Source: Candidatus Amesbacteria bacterium GW2011_GWC2_45_19 (GTDB lineage Bacteria > Patescibacteriota > Microgenomatia > CAZETR01 > Amesbacteraceae). From it: a DNA stretch of 64,000 bases. Location: assembly GCA_001001555.1 (NCBI GenBank), contig LCKS01000004.1, positions 36,130 through 100,129 on the forward strand, in the 5' to 3' direction. This document shows positions 59,676 through 64,000 of the stretch, piece after piece (position 1 is the first letter of the stretch; every line of letters starts with the position of its first letter). The notes under the pieces are model-generated. The model ran no database searches, was not told where the DNA came from, and was given only the letters and a program-made list of their open reading frames with translations. A program made the translations under genes and the position numbers.

Positions 59676-60614
59676 ATGGATTCTGTCCAAGACCTAAAAA
59701 TAATTATGCCGGGTACGGAGGAGACAACTCCCGTACCGCCTCCGCCCCCACCCACTCCGGTGATTGAACCCCCGACAACTTCAACGCCGGCTCCGGCCAG
59801 TGACAGCGCGCAAGTTATAAAGCCCCGGAAAAAATGGGGTACGGGAGTGCTAATTGGCAGCGCGACCGCATTGATGGTCTTAGTCGTGGGGCTGGGTTTT
59901 GGTATATGGCAAGTCAAGCAAAATCAAAAAATAAAACCGTCGCTAGCAGCTAATTGTCGTTGTATAACTCCAGGAAGTTCTTGTTATGGAGACAGAATTC
60001 CTAATGGTAGTTGTCCACTCGACGCAAATGGCCAAGGTCAGGCTTGTTGTGACAAGGTGGGTGATGACGAAGACGAGAACGGCGATGATAGTGCTAGGCA
60101 CTATATTACATTTACGTGCGATAGGTGTGCCAGCGATAGAAGGTGTCAAACACCTGATATAGGAACTAATCCGCGCTATTCGACGGGGGCGGCTCCCGGA
60201 GCGTGCGCTCAAGTAGATAGTTGTGAGTCACCCGGAAATAGTAATTGTAGAGTAGTATCGTTGTGTGCAGAATCGTGCAGTGGCCCCACCCCAACGCCAA
60301 GGCCAACACCTACTCCCGCCCCAACGCCACCTCCAACGAGTTCGATGTGTCAGAGGATAGATATTTTGAGAAATGGGGTAGTGATTGCTCAAAATCAAAT
60401 TCAAGTTGGAGACCAAGTTGTATTTAGAGGTTTTGCCAGCGCGGTAAATACGACGGTGACGGCTATTAATTTTGCTGTTTCTCAAAACGGAGTCGTTACT
60501 AGTTATGCAGGAACTGGTTTACAGTTGGTGGGTGGGTTATGGCAAGCAGACTCCCCGACTATTACTATAGTTGCCGCTAGTTATTCGGTGACGGCGACAC
60601 CAATATATCCATGA
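59676..60614 (+). CDS. membrane-anchored Cys-rich/Pro-Thr-rich surface protein
   Basis: Pro-rich cytoplasmic N-terminus, TM, Cys-rich domain, PT linker and beta-rich C-terminus. Confidence 0.75.
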   Translation: MDSVQDLKIIMPGTEETTPVPPPPPPTPVIEPPTTSTPAPASDSAQVIKPRKKWGTGVLIGSATALMVLVVGLGFGIWQVKQNQKIKPSLAANCRCITPGSSCYGDRIPNGSCPLDANGQGQACCDKVGDDEDENGDDSARHYITFTCDRCASDRRCQTPDIGTNPRYSTGAAPGACAQVDSCESPGNSNCRVVSLCAESCSGPTPTPRPTPTPAPTPPPTSSMCQRIDILRNGVVIAQNQIQVGDQVVFRGFASAVNTTVTAINFAVSQNGVVTSYAGTGLQLVGGLWQADSPTITIVAASYSVTATPIYP

Positions 60615-61201
60615 ATTTAGATACGCAGCCAAAAATAAATGTCATTGGGCCGAAAAAGGGGTTGGATTGGCCCAGATTTCCAAAAATAAGTCCAACTTGG
60701 GTGGTGGCGGCAACAGTGGTGTTGGCAATAATATCGGTGATTTCGGCGGTGCTTTTGTATCAAAGAAGGCAGGAGTCGGTGGCGCCGACAGCAGGAATTC
60801 CTAGCCAGGCGGCAGTGGGTACATCTTGTACAATTGCATTTAATGTAACTGCTTCTCCCACTCCGACGCCATCTCCATCGTCTACACCCACACCGTCACC
60901 CACGCCAACGGGAACCCCGGATCCCACCCCAACCCCCACCACTACACCAACCCCCACACCTACTCCATCGCCATCCCCATTCCCCACCCCGACGCCAACG
61001 GGCACTCCACAACCTACTCCCACCCCGACGCCAATTGTGAGCGGGCCGACGCCTACCTCAACGCCGGTGACTATTGTGAGCGGGCCGACGCCCACTCCGG
61101 TAGAATTGGCAAAGGCGGGCGATGTAACCGGAACCTGGACCATCTCAATTGCCGGTATACTGCTTTTGGGCTTGGGAAGCTTACTAATGTTAGCGTTTTG
61201 A
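60611..61201 (+). CDS. Pro/Thr-rich mucin-like surface protein with sortase-like C-terminus
   Basis: N-terminal TM, about 80-aa PT tract with duplicated IVSGPTPT, then LAKAG plus C-terminal TM. Confidence 0.78.
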   Translation: MNLDTQPKINVIGPKKGLDWPRFPKISPTWVVAATVVLAIISVISAVLLYQRRQESVAPTAGIPSQAAVGTSCTIAFNVTASPTPTPSPSSTPTPSPTPTGTPDPTPTPTTTPTPTPTPSPSPFPTPTPTGTPQPTPTPTPIVSGPTPTSTPVTIVSGPTPTPVELAKAGDVTGTWTISIAGILLLGLGSLLMLAF

Positions 61202-61224
61202 TCTGGAGTTATGGTGGTATTATG

Positions 61225-61264
61225 TTAATCCGCTTTTCCCGCGGCCGCTGAAGAATGGGATTAA
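61225..61264. terminator. hairpin between convergent genes
   Basis: ttaatcc...ggattaa stem followed by an A run (U-tract for the minus strand lies on the wrong side, so orientation is unclear). Confidence 0.35.
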
Positions 61265-61269
61265 AAAAT

Positions 61270-62469
61270 CTATTTCCAGGAGGGGAACCAGAAGTACGAA
61301 TTGGCCAGAGATTTGGGAATGTGAATGCCTGTCCAGTGAGAATAGAAATATACAAAAACCACAAATCCCAGGCCACAAATCCCAAGCGTGATAAATTTGT
61401 TATTTAACTTTTGCAAAGTGTAAGCCAAAGCGATATATAAAAAGGGGATCGAAGGCAAGTAGTGATAAAGAAACATAATGCGGGGGGCCCGGGCCCAAGG
61501 AAGCCAGAAGACCAGAAAACCACAAATCCCAAGCCACAAGCGCCAAGAGCGGGTTTTAAAAGCTGAATAAAGAGTGTAGAGAATTGCCGGAATGCCCAGC
61601 CACCATAAAATGGGATTGCCCATGGCATAAATATTGGCAATTTTATCGCCGGCATAATCCACAAAATACCACACCGGCCGCAGCATGAAAGGCCAAGTCC
61701 ACCAATCTGACTGGTAGGTATGAGTGGCCTTAAGAGTAGTGTTGTACCACCACATCTGATTCTGCAACTCCAGGAAATTTTTCCAGGTGCCGCCTAAAAC
61801 AAAGTACTGGGAATACGACAGCACATATAGAACAGCGGGGATGAAAACCAGAGAAATAAATATAGAGGGCCAGTTTTTAATCTTTTTGAGATTTTGCAGT
61901 CCGATCCAGCCGCCGAATAAGACGATGGCGTAGAGACCTGTCCATTTGGTTGCAATTAACAGTCCAAGAATAAACCCTAGTCTAAGCAGAGATAATTTAC
62001 TAGTTTTGAGCTGATACTTAATAAATGCCCAGAAAGAGAAAAGAATAAAAAAAGTAGCCACAATGTCGTTCATGTTGATGCGGGATTGGACGAGGAGAAG
62101 ACCATCGAGGCTGGCAAAGCCGGCAGCCAAAAGAGCCCAGCGCTTAGTGCCTAATAAATCTTTGGCAATTAGGTAAGTCAGATAAATTGCACCGGTGCCG
62201 ATTAGGACGTTGGCGATGCGCCATCCAAATGAATTGGGGCCGAAAACCAGAATGCCGGTGGCGTCAATTAGTTTGGCTAGGGGCGGATGTGTCCAGCCGT
62301 AGGCGGTCCCGGGGGGAGTAGTGTGGAACCATTCATAGGCGTCTTTGTTACCTTTGGCAATTTCCAGGGTGGTAAAAGCGTTGTAGACCTCGTCAAAATA
62401 AAAATTCGGAGGGTAAGAAAGGTTGAAAATGCGGGTAAGAAAAGCAAACGCTAAAATTAAGCCCAACAT
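61270..62469 (-). CDS. protein O-mannosyltransferase (PMT/GT39-like)
   Basis: YFDEVY, HPPLAK, FGWR, QSRI.M.D, KWTG, H.Y.S.WW.WP...RP, GNP..WW, FLYHYLP motifs. Confidence 0.9.
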   Translation of the reverse strand: MLGLILAFAFLTRIFNLSYPPNFYFDEVYNAFTTLEIAKGNKDAYEWFHTTPPGTAYGWTHPPLAKLIDATGILVFGPNSFGWRIANVLIGTGAIYLTYLIAKDLLGTKRWALLAAGFASLDGLLLVQSRINMNDIVATFFILFSFWAFIKYQLKTSKLSLLRLGFILGLLIATKWTGLYAIVLFGGWIGLQNLKKIKNWPSIFISLVFIPAVLYVLSYSQYFVLGGTWKNFLELQNQMWWYNTTLKATHTYQSDWWTWPFMLRPVWYFVDYAGDKIANIYAMGNPILWWLGIPAILYTLYSAFKTRSWRLWLGICGFLVFWLPWARAPRIMFLYHYLPSIPFLYIALAYTLQKLNNKFITLGICGLGFVVFVYFYSHWTGIHIPKSLANSYFWFPSWK

Positions 62470-62485
62470 ACGCTAAAATAATATC

Positions 62486-64000
62486 ATGCTGGGGCTAATA
62501 TTGGGAACGATGATAGGAACATGGGCCAGTTTTTTAGTGTCTCTGGTGACAAAACAGGTTGAAGTGTGGCCATTTGTTGTTGTGATGTTAATTTTTGTGA
62601 CAAGAATTTCACTGCGAATAAAAGAGACTAAGGTTTTTTGGATAACGACGGTGGGATGGGGAATATTTTTGGTAAAACTTTTTTCGCAGATGATGGTGGT
62701 GAGACCGGATGGAATTTGGGCCGGGGGGAGTAATGTGTGGGGAGATTGGGCGGGACACGTGGGATACATTGCCAACTGGCTATATGGCAGTAATTTTCCA
62801 CCGCAAAATCCCTGGTACGCCGGCATCCGCTTGTCGTATCCGTTCTTATTCGATTTTACCAGTGCAATATTAGCCAAAATGGGACTGTCCATTCCCTGGT
62901 CGATGGAGTTACCTGGGATCGTTTTTGGGTTAACGATTGTAATTCTGTTGTTTAAACTGGCTGAAAAGATTTCGGGGAAGGCGGCGGTGGGGGCAATAGC
63001 GGTAGCAATTTTTATGCTCTCGGGAGGATTGGGATTTGTGTATCTAAAAGACGGAGCAAAAGAGGCCACGCACTATTATGAAAAGAATATCCAGTGGGTA
63101 AATTTTGTGATTTCGGAAATGGTGCCGCAAAGGGGAATATTAATAGGCATTGCGGCGGCACTGCTGATATTTAATTTATGGTGGGATGGCTATGAGAAGA
63201 ATGATAGCAAAAAGTTTTTACTGTCTGGAGTGATTGCCGGGCTGGTCCCCTTTTTTCACGCGCATACTTTTTTGGTTCTGGCCGCGGTTTCAGGATTTTT
63301 GTTTTTAATAAAACCCAAAAAGGTATGGTGGTACTTTTTCATTCCGGCGGGGATATTGGTCCTCCCCCAGTTGGCTTATTTTGTGCCGCAAGTGGCCGGT
63401 TATAGTCCGGGATTTATGAGGTGGCAGCCGGGGTGGACGGCTTATGTGCAAAGCGACAATTGGTTTTGGTTTTGGATAAAAAACATAGGACCGGCGGCCA
63501 TCCTTATCCCGGTGGCGTGGGCCACAGCTTGGAAAAAAGACCGGAAATTATTTTGGCTGTATATGCCGTTTGTGATTATTTTTGCGGCGGCAAATTTATG
63601 GATATTCCAGCCATGGGAAAACGACAATTCCAAATTGCTGCGATTTTGGTATTTGGGATCGGCAATACTGATGGGGTGGTGGCTGGCGAGAATACCTAGG
63701 GTTTTGGCTGTAATTTTCTTGATAATGATAACTTTGGCGGGAGCGATAGACGCGGGTAGCTGGCTGAATTTTGAGAAAAACAAATTAATGATGTGGAACA
63801 ACTCTGATATGTCTCTAGCCGAGTGGACGAAAGACAATACGCCAAAAGATGCTATTTTTTTGACAACAGATGCGCATAACCATTGGGTGGTGGATTTAGC
63901 GGGAAGAAAAATTGTCATGGGATTTAAGGGATGGCTATGGAGCTGGGGTATAAACTATGGCGAGAGAGAAAAAGACGTAGAAAAAATGTGGAACACCGGC
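62486..64000 (+). CDS. polytopic membrane protein, probable GT-C glycosyltransferase (partial)
   Basis: Not in the track; open from ATG 62486 to the window end. WGDWAGH...FPPQNPWYAG..LSYPFL, many TMs, PFFHAH, W.K.NTPKDAIF, LAGRK...G..GWLWS.G. Confidence 0.78.
   Translation, partial: MLGLILGTMIGTWASFLVSLVTKQVEVWPFVVVMLIFVTRISLRIKETKVFWITTVGWGIFLVKLFSQMMVVRPDGIWAGGSNVWGDWAGHVGYIANWLYGSNFPPQNPWYAGIRLSYPFLFDFTSAILAKMGLSIPWSMELPGIVFGLTIVILLFKLAEKISGKAAVGAIAVAIFMLSGGLGFVYLKDGAKEATHYYEKNIQWVNFVISEMVPQRGILIGIAAALLIFNLWWDGYEKNDSKKFLLSGVIAGLVPFFHAHTFLVLAAVSGFLFLIKPKKVWWYFFIPAGILVLPQLAYFVPQVAGYSPGFMRWQPGWTAYVQSDNWFWFWIKNIGPAAILIPVAWATAWKKDRKLFWLYMPFVIIFAAANLWIFQPWENDNSKLLRFWYLGSAILMGWWLARIPRVLAVIFLIMITLAGAIDAGSWLNFEKNKLMMWNNSDMSLAEWTKDNTPKDAIFLTTDAHNHWVVDLAGRKIVMGFKGWLWSWGINYGEREKDVEKMWNTG

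Noticed and set aside
59365..61100. CRISPR-like or mobile repeats in the CCnACn tracts
   Set aside because: They are codon-periodic Pro-Thr linkers inside ORFs, with no repeat-spacer structure and no cas genes.
62473..63918. Minus-strand ORFs of 198 and 158 aa
   Set aside because: They are antisense to the uninterrupted + strand membrane protein starting at 62486.
1..64000. Alternative genetic code (UGA readthrough)
   Set aside because: Conserved genes are intact under code 11, and several end at TGA in the expected position.

Overview
A 64-kb chromosomal segment of a Patescibacteria (CPR) bacterium, most likely Microgenomates. This assignment is inferred from the truncated ribosomal proteins, absent rpmD, AlaRS without C-Ala, short IF2, protease-less Lon, sortase plus PilN/PilO, and leaderless promoters. 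Core genes are rpoB (partial), mltG, ruvX, alaS, ftsK, rnj, pnp-rpsO, nusA-infB, dnaJ, fusA-tuf, the S10-spc-alpha cluster (ending at rpsK), hrcA-grpE-dnaK with CIRCE, lepA-murJ, rpsT and a pilus/surface-glycoprotein locus. Small accessory inserts sit between core genes: at least 5 toxin-antitoxin pairs plus remnants, DUF559, an AEP-like gene, a SelO/kinase-like gene, DUF3800, an AAA ATPase and a four-helix bundle. Four signals stand out. (1) A DUF559 endonuclease plus cargo gene is bounded by about 38-bp hairpin inverted repeats, and short copies of that repeat lie in frame inside infB and grpE and at the end of another accessory gene. (2) Accessory inserts are repeatedly bordered by diverged duplicate ends of neighbouring genes (lon, udg, dnaJ, dnaK, doc, plus a glyS piece). 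(3) A structured RNA candidate converges on the DUF3800 gene. (4) 7-nt-period repeats are embedded in frame in many genes. No rRNA, tRNA, CRISPR array, transposase or integrase was seen.
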